A program made the translations under genes and the position numbers. From Clostridia bacterium (lineage in GTDB: Bacteria > Bacillota > Clostridia > Saccharofermentanales > UBA5734): DNA of 64,000 nucleotides. Below the pieces are notes generated by a model. That model made no database searches. It was not told the DNA's origin and worked only from the letters and a program-made list of their open reading frames with translations. This document shows positions 29,871 to 40,136 of the stretch, one piece after another; within the stretch, counting starts at the first letter, position 1; every line of letters starts with the position of its first letter. The DNA is taken from positions 856,377 through 920,376 of the forward strand of contig JAXGXR010000001.1 of assembly GCA_040772725.1 (NCBI GenBank). The letters run 5' to 3'.

Positions 29871-31154
29871 TTAGGCCAGCTCGGCCGGGGATGCAATGCG
29901 GCCGAGAACAGCGGTGGCACAGGCGACCGGCACGCCGGACAGGTAGAGTTCCGACTTCGGATGACCCATGCGGCCGACAAAATTGCGATTGGTGGTCGAG
30001 ACACAGCGTTCACCGCTGGCCAGGATGCCCATGTGTCCGCCGAGGCAGGGACCGCAGGTCGGCGCGCTGACAACCGCGCCGGCGTCCACGAGGATCTCCG
30101 CGAGGCCTTCCCGGAGCATCTCGCGATAGACGCGCTGCGAGCCGGGGATGACGATCAGTCTCAAACCCTTTGCGACCTTTCTCCCCTTCATGTACCGGGC
30201 GGCGACGCGCATGTCCTCCAGGCGACCGTTGGTGCAGGAGCCGATGACGACCTGGTCGATCGCGATCGGCTCGAACGTGCCGACGACACGCGTGTTTTCC
30301 GGGAGGTGCGGGAACGCGACGGTCAAGGGCACCTCGGACAGGTCGATGTCATAGGTCTTGACATACTCCGCGTCCGCGTCAGCCTGTTCGGCCACCCATT
30401 CACCACGGGTGTAGCGGTCAGGGGCAAAGGTCTTCAGGTAAGCTTCGGTCTGTTCGTCGACCGGGAAAATGCCGTTCTTGCCACCGGCTTCGATCGCCAT
30501 GTTGGCGATCGTCAGGCGGTCGGCCATGGTCAGGCTGGCCACACCCGGGCCGGTGAACTCCATCGACTGGTACAGCGCGCCATCCACCCCGATCATGCCG
30601 ATGATGTGCAGGATCAGGTCCTTGCCGCTCACCGGCCGCTTCATCTCGCCCGTCAGGTTGAACCGCAGGGCAGCGGGCACCTTGAACCATGTTTCACCGG
30701 TCGCCATCGTGCAGGCCAGGTCCGTGCTGCCGACGCCGGTCGCGAACGCGCCCAGCGCACCGTACGTGCAGGTGTGCGAATCCGCGCCGATGACGACATC
30801 GCCCGGCATGACCAGTCCGTTTTCAGGCAGGATGACATGCTCGATGCCCATCCCGGCCTCGCCTTGCTCATAGATGTGGCTGACGCCGAACCGGCGGGCG
30901 AACTCCCGCATCATCCGGCAGTTCTCAGCCGACTTGATGTCCTTGTTCGGGGTGAAGTGGTCCGGCACCAGCACGACCTTGTCCTGGTCAAACACTTTGT
31001 CCGAACCGGTCTTCTTGAAAACATCGATCGCCGGTGGTGTCGTGACATCATTGCCGAGGGCCAGGTCTACCTTGGCCTCGATCAGCTGGCCGGCTGTGAC
31101 CTGTTCGAGTCCGGCGTGACGGGCCAGGATTTTTTGTGTCAGGGTCATTCCCAT
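29871..31154 (-). CDS. leuC: 3-isopropylmalate dehydratase large subunit
   Basis: [22 protein letters not shown] and [12 protein letters not shown]. Confidence 0.95.
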   Translation of the reverse strand: MGMTLTQKILARHAGLEQVTAGQLIEAKVDLALGNDVTTPPAIDVFKKTGSDKVFDQDKVVLVPDHFTPNKDIKSAENCRMMREFARRFGVSHIYEQGEAGMGIEHVILPENGLVMPGDVVIGADSHTCTYGALGAFATGVGSTDLACTMATGETWFKVPAALRFNLTGEMKRPVSGKDLILHIIGMIGVDGALYQSMEFTGPGVASLTMADRLTIANMAIEAGGKNGIFPVDEQTEAYLKTFAPDRYTRGEWVAEQADADAEYVKTYDIDLSEVPLTVAFPHLPENTRVVGTFEPIAIDQVVIGSCTNGRLEDMRVAARYMKGRKVAKGLRLIVIPGSQRVYREMLREGLAEILVDAGAVVSAPTCGPCLGGHMGILASGERCVSTTNRNFVGRMGHPKSELYLSGVPVACATAVLGRIASPAELA

Positions 31155-31246
31155 ATTGGATCCTCCTTGGTTGATGGACGCCGGACGGTTCGCCCGACAG
31201 TCTGGTTATCTATTTTGATGACGGTGTTCACCTGTGCCGGCAGCGT

Positions 31247-32842
31247 TCAGGATTCACGGCCGAGCTGGTGCAGCATGAGCTTGTACTCCAGCGAATCGAC
31301 CAAGGCATGCCAGGATGCCTGCAGGACGTCGGTCGAAACACCGACCGTGCGCCAGAGCATGCGTCCGTCTGTCGACTCGATCAACGTCCGCACACGCGAG
31401 GCTGTCGCCTCGGCATTCAGGACACGGACCTTGAAGTCGGTCAGCCGGACATGCGTCAGTTCCGGGTAGAAAACCTCCATGGCCTTCTTGAGGGCACGGT
31501 CCATCGCGTTGACCGGACCTTCGCCCTCAGCGGCCGTCACTTCCTCGACCCCGTCGACCAGGATCTTGATGAAGGTGTAGGCACTGTTCGCGCCGGTCTG
31601 TGGCTGTTCGCTCGTGATGCGGATTTTTTCCAGTTCGAAGAACGGCTTGTAGAGGCCCAGTTCCTTGCAGATCAGCAGCTCCTGGGAGGCTTCGGCACCT
31701 TCGAAATGATACCCTTGATGTTCCATGGCCTTCAGTTTGTGCAGCACCCGGTTCACTTCGGGCGCGTCCCGCTCGATATCCGGGCGGATCCGGCGGATGA
31801 TGTCGATGATGGCGGAACGACCGGAGACCTCGGACAGCAGGAAGCGACGGCTGTTGCCGACCTGTCCGGGATCGACATGTTCGAATGTGACCGGGTTTTT
31901 CTTGACTCCGTCGACATGCATGCCGCCCTTGTGTGAAAAGGCTGCCGTTCCGACATATGGCTCACCCCCGGGCAAGGTCATGTTGGCGATCTCCGCCATG
32001 CGCCGGGCAGACGGGGTCAGTTCGGCGAGCGCTTCTTCAGACACGCACTGGACCCCGTATTTCAGCTGCAGGTTGGCGATGATGGTGGACAGGTTCGCGT
32101 TGCCGCAGCGCTCCCCGATCCCGATGAACGTGCCTTGGACATGTGACGCGCCTTCGCGGACAGCCGCCAGGCTGTTGGCGACAGCCAGTCCACTGTCATT
32201 GTGGCAGTGGATGCCGATCCGGATATCCGGGTACTGCTCCACCGCCAGCCTCACCTCTTCGGCGATCGACTCGGGCATCGTCCCGCCATTGGTGTCACAC
32301 AGGCAGAGCACCGACGCGCCCGCCTCCGCAGCCACCGCCAGCGTGCGATGGGCATAGTCCTGATTGGCCTTCGCGCCATCAAAATAATGCTCGGCATCGA
32401 AAATGACTTCCTTGCCCTGCGCGACCAGATACCGCACGGTGTCACCGATCATCGCCAGATTCTCCTCGAGCGAGCAGCGCAGGATCTCATGCACATGCAG
32501 GTCCCAGGACTTGCCGAACACAACGATCACCGGCGTTCCAGCCGACAGGAGGTCTTTGATGTTCTGGTCCTCTTCAGGACGGGTTCCTTTGCGCTTTGTG
32601 CTGCCGAACGCGGCGAGCAGGCTGGTGCCCATGTCGAAGCCCGTTTCATGAAAACGGGCGAAAAATTCGCGGTCCTTGGGATTGGATCCCGGGTTGCCGG
32701 CCTCGATATATCGGACGCCCAGTGCAATCAGTGTCTCAAGGATCTGGAACTTGTCATTGACCGAAAACGAAATGCCTTCAGCCTGGGCTCCATCCCGCAA
32801 CGTGGTGTCGAATATCTCGACCTGACGGTATGTTTCGTTCAT
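31247..32842 (-). CDS. cimA: Citramalate synthase (LeuA family)
   Basis: DTTLRDGAQAEG, GNPGSNPKD, FGKSWDLHV, HCHND and HKGGMH typical of the bacterial CimA clade; the start could be 32866. Confidence 0.85.
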   Translation of the reverse strand: MNETYRQVEIFDTTLRDGAQAEGISFSVNDKFQILETLIALGVRYIEAGNPGSNPKDREFFARFHETGFDMGTSLLAAFGSTKRKGTRPEEDQNIKDLLSAGTPVIVVFGKSWDLHVHEILRCSLEENLAMIGDTVRYLVAQGKEVIFDAEHYFDGAKANQDYAHRTLAVAAEAGASVLCLCDTNGGTMPESIAEEVRLAVEQYPDIRIGIHCHNDSGLAVANSLAAVREGASHVQGTFIGIGERCGNANLSTIIANLQLKYGVQCVSEEALAELTPSARRMAEIANMTLPGGEPYVGTAAFSHKGGMHVDGVKKNPVTFEHVDPGQVGNSRRFLLSEVSGRSAIIDIIRRIRPDIERDAPEVNRVLHKLKAMEHQGYHFEGAEASQELLICKELGLYKPFFELEKIRITSEQPQTGANSAYTFIKILVDGVEEVTAAEGEGPVNAMDRALKKAMEVFYPELTHVRLTDFKVRVLNAEATASRVRTLIESTDGRMLWRTVGVSTDVLQASWHALVDSLEYKLMLHQLGRES

Positions 32843-32895
32843 CACCAGAGCTTCCTCCCCATTCATCCTATCGGTTCAGTATCAGTCCATGCCTT

Positions 32896-32924
32896 AGCAT
32901 ACGGCCGAGCCTGCCGCAGTACAA
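32896..32924 (-). promoter_or_regulatory. Candidate sigma-A promoter for cimA-leuCDB-ilvD-ilvB
   Basis: TTGTAC-17 nt-TATGCT. Confidence 0.55.
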
Positions 32925-33058
32925 GGACAATCCGGCGCTATTTTCTTCACACTTTCTGCCGGTTGCCTGGAATCATATGCTATACTGTTTGTTGTTTTCG
33001 ATCATCAATCCGAAATTTCGCCCGGTTGGGCCTTCACCCAGCAAAGGAGCCGCAGCGC

Positions 33059-35041
33059 TTGAGTCTTCTTCTGATCGACCAGGTTGAAAAATCCTATTTT
33101 GGCCGCAAAGTCCTCGACAAAGTCTCGCTACGGCTCGACCGGGGCGAGCGTCTGGCGCTCATCGGCGGAAACGGCGCGGGAAAAACCACGCTCATGCGGC
33201 TGGTCACAGGGGAAGAAAAGCCGGACGCCGGTCGGATCACCATGGCCGGACAGGTCATCCCGGCCTATCTTGCCCAGATGCAGGAAAACGGTCTGACCGA
33301 TGATTCCAGCCCCCTGATGAGCCCGGAGCTGGCTGCGCTCGAAGGGGAACTGCGTCTGCTCGAGCGTGAGATGGCCGGCACCATCGGTGATGAAGCGGCC
33401 CACAACCGTGTCATGGCCCGTTATGGCGAAATGACGGCACGGTTTGAAGCGCTCGGCGGTTATGATTTCACCCGGCGGATCGAGGAAGCGCTTCGCGGAC
33501 TGGGCCTGGAAGACGATGTGATCCGTCGTCCGATGGGTTCCCTGTCCGGCGGGGAACGCATGCGCGTCGCGTTGGCCAGGATTCTGCTGCGCGACCCTGA
33601 CATCCTGCTGTTGGACGAACCGACCAATCACCTGGACCTGGACGCCATGGAATGGCTTGAGTCCTATCTGCAGCGTTTCAAGGGCGCCGTGATCGTAATC
33701 TCTCATGACCGGATGTTCATCGACCGGACCGCCACATCCGTCGCGGAGCTCGAAAGTGGCAGCATCACCATCCGTCCCGGCAATTACACCCGGTTCCGCG
33801 AGATCGAGGCAGCCGAGCAGCAAGCGCTCGAGCGCGAGGTCAAAAAGGTGGAGCGCGAATTGTCGCATCAGCGGGAAGTCACCCAGACCATGCTGTCACA
33901 CCGCAAGATGTCCTCCTATCACGCGCGCGAAAAGGTGGTTGCCAAGGTGACCGAAGAACTCGGTCGGATCCGTGACCGCGGCAAGCGGTCAGATACGAAG
34001 CTGGCTTTCTCCTTTCTGCCGACCGCCAGCGAAGGCGACCCGAAAAGGATCCTGCTGGCGACAGAAGGGCTCACCCTTTCCTATGGGGACCGCGTCCTGT
34101 TCCGCGATGCCGATTTTCACCTCCGATGCGGCGAGAAGCTATTCCTGCTGGGGCCGAACGGTTGTGGCAAATCAACCTTGCTGTCCGTGCTTCTGGGGCA
34201 GATCCCGGCAGACCGTGGCACCGTCCGCCTGTCGTCCCGGTCGGTGTTCGGGCACATGAGCCAGTCGCTTTCATTTCCCGATGAACAGGCGACCCTGCTC
34301 CAGACCCTGCTGTCAGCCTACGACCTGGATGAAGGGCAGGCCCGTAGCCTGCTGGCCCGCTATGGATTCCGCGATGTCGATGTCTTCAAGCAGGTTCGCG
34401 TATTGAGCGGAGGAGAGCGAGCCAGGCTGTTCCTTTGTCAGCTCCTGCTCGACCAGCCGGATCTGCTTTTCCTGGATGAACCGACCAACCATCTCGATAT
34501 CCGTTCCCGGGAAATCCTCGAGGCCGCGCTCATGGACTACAAGGGCGCGCTTCTGGTTGTCAGTCACGACCGATACCTGATCGAACGCCTGTCCAGCCGG
34601 ATCCTCGGCTTCATCGGCACCGAAATCCGCTCGTTCGACCACTATCCGGCATACCAGAAGGCGCGTGACACCTTTACGCTGACCCGATCAGACATGAAGG
34701 CCGGGCCGGAGTCTGCCCCGGTTTCGAAATCGAGCCAGGCAGTGGCTGAGCCGGTGCGTGATGATTCAGATCACGATGGCAAAGCCGGGGACCGATCGGA
34801 AAACACCGCCATCCAGCCGCGGATCAATCGGGCCAAAGAGCGGCGCGAGATCGCGCTGCGCAAAGAGCGTATCCGCCAGGTGGAACGCGAGATCGAAAGC
34901 ATGGAACAGCAGCGCCACGAGATGGAGCAGTCATTTGCCGCCAACGCCGGATCCGGCAACTACGACGTTTACGCCGATCTACTGGAGCGGCTTGATGAAG
35001 CGTACACCGAGTTTCTGACGCTGTCTGAAGAATCGTCCTGA
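33059..35041 (+). CDS. ABC-F family ribosome-associated ATPase
   Basis: Two NBDs (GGNGAGKTT and GPNGCGKST, LSGGE, DEPTNHLD twice), no TM segments, coiled-coil C-tail; TTG start after AAGGAG. Confidence 0.92.
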   Translation: MSLLLIDQVEKSYFGRKVLDKVSLRLDRGERLALIGGNGAGKTTLMRLVTGEEKPDAGRITMAGQVIPAYLAQMQENGLTDDSSPLMSPELAALEGELRLLEREMAGTIGDEAAHNRVMARYGEMTARFEALGGYDFTRRIEEALRGLGLEDDVIRRPMGSLSGGERMRVALARILLRDPDILLLDEPTNHLDLDAMEWLESYLQRFKGAVIVISHDRMFIDRTATSVAELESGSITIRPGNYTRFREIEAAEQQALEREVKKVERELSHQREVTQTMLSHRKMSSYHAREKVVAKVTEELGRIRDRGKRSDTKLAFSFLPTASEGDPKRILLATEGLTLSYGDRVLFRDADFHLRCGEKLFLLGPNGCGKSTLLSVLLGQIPADRGTVRLSSRSVFGHMSQSLSFPDEQATLLQTLLSAYDLDEGQARSLLARYGFRDVDVFKQVRVLSGGERARLFLCQLLLDQPDLLFLDEPTNHLDIRSREILEAALMDYKGALLVVSHDRYLIERLSSRILGFIGTEIRSFDHYPAYQKARDTFTLTRSDMKAGPESAPVSKSSQAVAEPVRDDSDHDGKAGDRSENTAIQPRINRAKERREIALRKERIRQVEREIESMEQQRHEMEQSFAANAGSGNYDVYADLLERLDEAYTEFLTLSEESS

Positions 35042-35057
35042 AATCGGGCCGAATTGA

Positions 35058-35957
35058 TCACGGAACAATGATGTTGATCGCTTCAGGAACCGCAGTCACC
35101 GTCACGGGCAGCTGACCGTACTGTTCACCGTCCAGGTCGAGCGGCACCGGACTCGTCCGGTCGCGGCTTGAGATGCGGACTGTGCGAGCCTGGAAATAAC
35201 TGATCTTGCTGTTCGTCACATGATACCCGTTCATCAGCTGGACCAGAAGCGGCAACAACTCCAGGATCCCCTGGCGATGAACGACCAGAACATCCAGCAG
35301 GCCGTCTTCGAAACTCGCGTCGGGCGCCAGGCAGCGAAAACCACCGACACTGGTCGTGTTGGAGACCAGGAACAGCAGGACATCCTCCTCGATCCGGACC
35401 CCGTCCGCCTCGATCGTGATGGGAATGACATTGAACAGTTGGCTCGGCAGATCCAGCGCCCCGTTGATGATGTAGGCCAGCTGGCCGAGCAGGGTCTTCG
35501 ACTCGGACGGCGTCTTGTAGGCGACATCGGTCAGAATGCCGCCGGCCAGGACATTGAAGAAATAACGGTCCCCGACCTTGCCGACATCCACCTTCCGGAC
35601 CTTGAAACGCCGGATCATCTCAACGTATGCTTCCGGGTCCTTCGGGATCTGCATGGCTGTCGCGAAGTCATTGACAGTGCCGGCCGGGAAAATCGCCAGG
35701 GGTGTCTGATGTCCGCCATTGATCAGTCCGTTCACCACCTCATGCACCGTTCCGTCTCCGCCGACAGCCATGATCAGGTCGACCGAGTACGTGTTGATGT
35801 CAAAGGCCGCCTTGTAAGCGTCACCCGCACCGTTCGTCTCGATGATTTCAGCCTGTCGGACAATGCCGCTGCTGATGAGGCTCCTGACGACCTTGTGGGC
35901 GTTTTTCTGAACCATCTGCCGTCCGGCCGTGGGATTGATGATGACCCTTAAGCGCAT
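35058..35957 (-). CDS. Diacylglycerol kinase family lipid kinase (YegS/DagK)
   Basis: NPTAG, GGDGT, PAGTVNDFA and DGE. Confidence 0.92.
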   Translation of the reverse strand: MRLRVIINPTAGRQMVQKNAHKVVRSLISSGIVRQAEIIETNGAGDAYKAAFDINTYSVDLIMAVGGDGTVHEVVNGLINGGHQTPLAIFPAGTVNDFATAMQIPKDPEAYVEMIRRFKVRKVDVGKVGDRYFFNVLAGGILTDVAYKTPSESKTLLGQLAYIINGALDLPSQLFNVIPITIEADGVRIEEDVLLFLVSNTTSVGGFRCLAPDASFEDGLLDVLVVHRQGILELLPLLVQLMNGYHVTNSKISYFQARTVRISSRDRTSPVPLDLDGEQYGQLPVTVTAVPEAINIIVP

Positions 35958-36005
35958 GGGACGCTCCTCTTTTTCGTAATTGATCCGATCAACGATCCGG
36001 CCTGG

Positions 36006-37355
36006 TCAGCCGGGCGGCAGGAATTCCAGAATGACGATCGATTTGTCCACCCGTCGCGTGTACAGGATCTGCCCGGTTCGTCCTGCCTGTTGCAGGGCAT
36101 CCGCCAGCATGTCCTCAAGGTTGGCGATCGTCGGCATGTCCTTGCCGGTGTAAAGCACTTCCATCTGCTGGGGTTTGTCGATTGTCCTGGGCAACGACGC
36201 GACAAATGTGTTGATCCGATTCTGCAATTCCTTCCGGGTCGATGAAACCAGATCCCCTTCCCGATAATAGAAGGCACCGTCTTCGGGAGCAGCCGGGAAA
36301 TCGGTCTGTTTCCAGGCGTGGGTGCTTTGCATCTGTCTGTCCGATCGCAGGAAGTGAACATGATCGACCGGCGCGTCCGGACCGCCATCCGGGGTCGGAT
36401 CGTCATAGGTCAGGTCTATATGATAGTATGAATCGTCCAGTTTGACCAGATTCCAGGCATGATTGACTTCCTCGGCCATGCCGGTCACCAGCAATGTCTC
36501 CGTGCCTAACTGCTGTGCGACCAGTTGGAACGCGGCCGCGTAGCCCTGGCAAAGTGCCAGGCGGTCCAGAACCGCGCTGGCCGCATTGCTTCTTTCCCGG
36601 TTCATTGTGGACACCTCGGCCGCTTCCAGATCATAGCTGATCATCCGGATCAGCGTGTCGTGGACATGCTGCAATTGCGAAAGCGTGCTGTCACCGGCTT
36701 CGCGCGCCCGGTCAGCCAGTTCGCCGGCAGCCTTCTCCAGCTTCGCTTTCCGGTCCAGGATCAGGCCGGCATCCAGGTTCTGCACCGAATCGATGAATCC
36801 CGGCTTCAACGTGACGGACTGCAGGGTCGTCGTCGTGCCGCGCAAGAGGACATAGCCGGCATTGGCCTGACCGCTCAGGAAATAATACTCCGGGCGGTTG
36901 TAGTAGATTTCCTGGAACAGGTCAAACACCTGTTCGATCGTTTCATCCACATCCTCCTCTTCGATCCGGAGGCCGGCCAGGGCTTCGTCGAGCACGATCT
37001 CACGGCTGGCCGCATCGAGCCCTTTGACGATCAGGTATGTGACACGTGAGGCGAAGTCGTCGCCGGGCAGCGTCGCGGTGGTCGTCATGGCCGGAGAAGT
37101 CGCTGATGATGCCGGGGAAGACGTGGCCGCGCTTGTCAAGGATGTCCGGGTGGTTGTGGCAGACGGCGGCGCGGTCGTCGTCGTCAGGGTCTCGATCGAG
37201 GGCAACGTGGGCGGCGGCGGCAGCGGTTCCAGAAGAAACCGGACCATGTCGCAACCGCTGGTCGCCAGCATGATCAGCGCGGCCACCAGCAATACCGCCA
37301 TCCGGCGGACAGCAGCCGCGCCTTTTCGCCTCTCTGGTCCTGCCCTCTTCCTCAT
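36006..37355 (-). CDS. Transglutaminase-like domain lipoprotein
   Basis: TSGC lipobox, Thr/Ser linker, Cys-His-Asp triad (LCQGYA, HAWN, HIDLT). Confidence 0.82.
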   Translation of the reverse strand: MRKRAGPERRKGAAAVRRMAVLLVAALIMLATSGCDMVRFLLEPLPPPPTLPSIETLTTTTAPPSATTTRTSLTSAATSSPASSATSPAMTTTATLPGDDFASRVTYLIVKGLDAASREIVLDEALAGLRIEEEDVDETIEQVFDLFQEIYYNRPEYYFLSGQANAGYVLLRGTTTTLQSVTLKPGFIDSVQNLDAGLILDRKAKLEKAAGELADRAREAGDSTLSQLQHVHDTLIRMISYDLEAAEVSTMNRERSNAASAVLDRLALCQGYAAAFQLVAQQLGTETLLVTGMAEEVNHAWNLVKLDDSYYHIDLTYDDPTPDGGPDAPVDHVHFLRSDRQMQSTHAWKQTDFPAAPEDGAFYYREGDLVSSTRKELQNRINTFVASLPRTIDKPQQMEVLYTGKDMPTIANLEDMLADALQQAGRTGQILYTRRVDKSIVILEFLPPG

Positions 37356-38365
37356 GCCATCAGATACCGTTCACTGGTCATTTCCAGCAAGTGCCTGACC
37401 TCATCGCGTGTCGGCATCGCCGGAATGCCACCGCGACGACCGACACAGCAGGTCGCAACCGCGTTGCCAATCCGCGCGAGATCATAGGACACGGACGCGT
37501 CGACGGTTTCCAGCGTCAGGCCGCGCTCCAGAAATGCGGACAGGAAGCCGCCCCAGAAGGAATCGCCGGCTCCAGTCGTGTCCACCACGTCGCCGGGGAA
37601 CACAGGGACAGTGACCATATCCTTTTGCGTGGCCACCATGGCACCATGCCGGCCCATGGTGACGGCCACGACCTTGGGACCCATGGCAAGCAGGCGGGCT
37701 GCCGCCTCTTTCTGATCAGCCAGACCGGTCAGCAATTGCGTCTCCTCATCGGACACCTTGACCATGTCCGCCAGTCGGATGCCCGCCAGCATCTGTTCGA
37801 CAGCCTTTTCCGGCGATGGCCAGAGGAGCGGCCGGTAATTCGGGTCAAAGGAAATGATCCTGCCTTTTTCACGAGCCGCGCGGACCGCGACCAGCGTCGT
37901 CGACCGCATCGGCTCATCCGTCAGGGACAGCGAACCGAAATGCAGGATGTGGCCGGCGGTCGCGATGTCGAGCCTCAGCTCCTGCTGCGTGAGCAGGGTG
38001 TCTGCTCCCGGCTTGCGCGCGAACGAAAACTGGCGCTCACCGTCCGGACCAAGTTCGACAAATGCCAAAGTCGTAAAAGCGTCCGGATCATCGACCAGGC
38101 CTTCCGCGTCAATGTCATGGTTGACCAGCACTTCACGGAGAAAGTCACCCGGTCCGTCCTGTCCGACCTTGCCGATGAACGCTGTGCGATGGCCAAGCCG
38201 GGCCAGTGACGCCAGGACATTGGCCGGCGCGCCGCCGGCATTGCGCTCAAAAAGCCGCATCCCGTTTTCGGACTGGCCATGTTCCGTGAAATCAATCAGC
38301 AATTCACCGATCGCGACGACATCGAATCGTACCGATGGATCCGTCACATGAACATCATTGGTCAT
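37352..38365 (-). CDS. PfkB family carbohydrate kinase (fructokinase-like)
   Basis: GELLIDF, GGAPANV, FDPNYRP.LW and DTTGAGDSF. Confidence 0.9.
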   Translation of the reverse strand: MTNDVHVTDPSVRFDVVAIGELLIDFTEHGQSENGMRLFERNAGGAPANVLASLARLGHRTAFIGKVGQDGPGDFLREVLVNHDIDAEGLVDDPDAFTTLAFVELGPDGERQFSFARKPGADTLLTQQELRLDIATAGHILHFGSLSLTDEPMRSTTLVAVRAAREKGRIISFDPNYRPLLWPSPEKAVEQMLAGIRLADMVKVSDEETQLLTGLADQKEAAARLLAMGPKVVAVTMGRHGAMVATQKDMVTVPVFPGDVVDTTGAGDSFWGGFLSAFLERGLTLETVDASVSYDLARIGNAVATCCVGRRGGIPAMPTRDEVRHLLEMTSERYLMA

Positions 38366-38489
38366 GCCTTTTCACCTCGTATCCTTTGCCTGTGGGATGC
38401 CCACGCGCCGGTTCTCCCCATCTGACGAAAGCACTTCTTCACCTTCTTGCTCACCTTGATTTTATCATACCGGCAATCCGACTAGAACA

Positions 38490-38527
38490 GGCGGCTCTCC
38501 GGGGAACTCCCCGAAGAGCCGTCTTTC
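38490..38527. terminator. Hairpin/terminator after the aldehyde dehydrogenase gene
   Basis: GGCGGCTCT(C)CGGGGA...TCCCCG(A)AGAGCCGTC. Confidence 0.6.
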
Positions 38528-38570
38528 CTTGCTTTTGCCTCATACCAGGTGTCTGGCCGCACCGGCCTGC

Positions 38571-40043
38571 TCAGTCTTCGTTGAAGAAGCGTTCCGTGAT
38601 GACCTTGTCCTCCGTGTAGAAGTTGATCACCGCTTTCCCCTGGGCCTTGATGTCCGCGTACTGCGATTCCTTCATGCCACCGAAGGGCAGATATGCCACC
38701 GGTGCCGGGATGCCAATGTTGACACCCACCATGCCGGCCTGGACTTCCAATTTGAATTTTCTTGCGTAATAGCCATTCTGGGTGTAGATGGAAGCGCCAT
38801 TTCCATACTGGTGGTCGTTGATGATCTGGATCGCTTCATCGAGCGTATCGGCCTTCAGGATCACCACTACCGGACCGAAAATTTCCGTTTCATGGATCTT
38901 CATGCCGGGCTTGACATCCGTGAATACGGTCGGCCCGATGTAGAAGCCGTTCTCGCCGCCAGGCACCGTGATGTCACGGCCGTCAAGCGCCAGTGTCGCG
39001 CCTTCCTTGATGCCCTGGTCGATCATGGACAGGATGAAGTCCTTTGCCTTCTGCGAGATGACCGGCCCCATGACCAGAGACTCGTCCGCAAACCGCGGAT
39101 CAAGCGGATTGCCGACAATGATGTTCTTCGAGTCCTCGACAAACTTCTTGCAGATCACATCATACATCTCACCGACACCGATGATTGCCGAAGAAGCCAT
39201 GCAGCGCTGACCGGCGCAGCCATAGCAGGAGGTGGTCATGTTGCGGATGACCTGATCGAGCTTCGCGTCCGGCATGACCACCAGGTGGTTCTTGGCGCCG
39301 CCCATGGCCTGGAAGCGCTTGTTGTTTTTGGCGCATTTTTCCGCCACCACTTTACAGGTCCTGGTTGAGCCGACCAGGGAAACACCCTTGATCTTCGGGT
39401 TTTCCATGAACGCGTCCGCCACTTCCTTGTCACCATTGAGCAGGTTGAAAACGCCCGCCGGGAATCCGGCCTCGTGAATGTATTTCGTGATCAGCTGCAT
39501 GGTCATCGGCACTTGCTTCGACGCCTTGATCAGGAAGGTGTTGCCGGTCGCCAGCGCGTACGGCAGGAACCAGAACGGAACCATCGCCGGGAAATTGAAC
39601 GGTGCGATCATCGCGAACGGTCCGAGCGGAAGCCTTAAGACCTCGCCGTCAATGCCGAAGGAAGATCCGATGATCTTGTCGCCCTGCTGCAGGACCGGCA
39701 TACCGCAAGCCACCTCGATGTTCTCGTAGATCCGCTTCATTTCGGCAGCCGCGTCCGGAATGGATTTGCCCATCTCCGCCACGAGGGTGCGAACGATCTC
39801 ATCTTCATGCGCGCGAAGCAGTTCGTTCAAGACAAACAAATACCTCACTCTGCGGGCTACGGGGGTCGCGCCCCATGTCTTGAACGCCTCGGACGCGATG
39901 TCGATTGCCTTGTCGACATCCGCGCGGGTTGTCAGGGGAACCTGTGCCAGCGCTTCACCGGTCGCGGGATTGATGACATCGATGTAGCCTGAATTCTCAG
40001 GATCGACCCATTGTCCGCCAACATAATTCTTGAGTTTTTCCAT
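38571..40043 (-). CDS. CoA-acylating (methyl)malonate-semialdehyde dehydrogenase family (MmsA/IolA)
   Basis: PFNFPAMVP, AMGGAKNH, GCAGQRCMA, EIFGPV and GVNIGIPAP. Confidence 0.88.
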   Translation of the reverse strand: MEKLKNYVGGQWVDPENSGYIDVINPATGEALAQVPLTTRADVDKAIDIASEAFKTWGATPVARRVRYLFVLNELLRAHEDEIVRTLVAEMGKSIPDAAAEMKRIYENIEVACGMPVLQQGDKIIGSSFGIDGEVLRLPLGPFAMIAPFNFPAMVPFWFLPYALATGNTFLIKASKQVPMTMQLITKYIHEAGFPAGVFNLLNGDKEVADAFMENPKIKGVSLVGSTRTCKVVAEKCAKNNKRFQAMGGAKNHLVVMPDAKLDQVIRNMTTSCYGCAGQRCMASSAIIGVGEMYDVICKKFVEDSKNIIVGNPLDPRFADESLVMGPVISQKAKDFILSMIDQGIKEGATLALDGRDITVPGGENGFYIGPTVFTDVKPGMKIHETEIFGPVVVILKADTLDEAIQIINDHQYGNGASIYTQNGYYARKFKLEVQAGMVGVNIGIPAPVAYLPFGGMKESQYADIKAQGKAVINFYTEDKVITERFFNED

Positions 40044-40136
40044 GGTTCATACCTCTTTCTTCTTGCCTCTTTGGCATGGTTGCCTTGCTTCCTGGTCTTT
40101 GGTCCCCACTTTTATCAGTGTGCCCGGAATCAGGCT

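Noticed and set aside
32201-33058. N-terminal extension making a 946-aa ABC-F
   Set aside because: It is antisense to cimA; the real start is TTG 33059 after AAGGAG.
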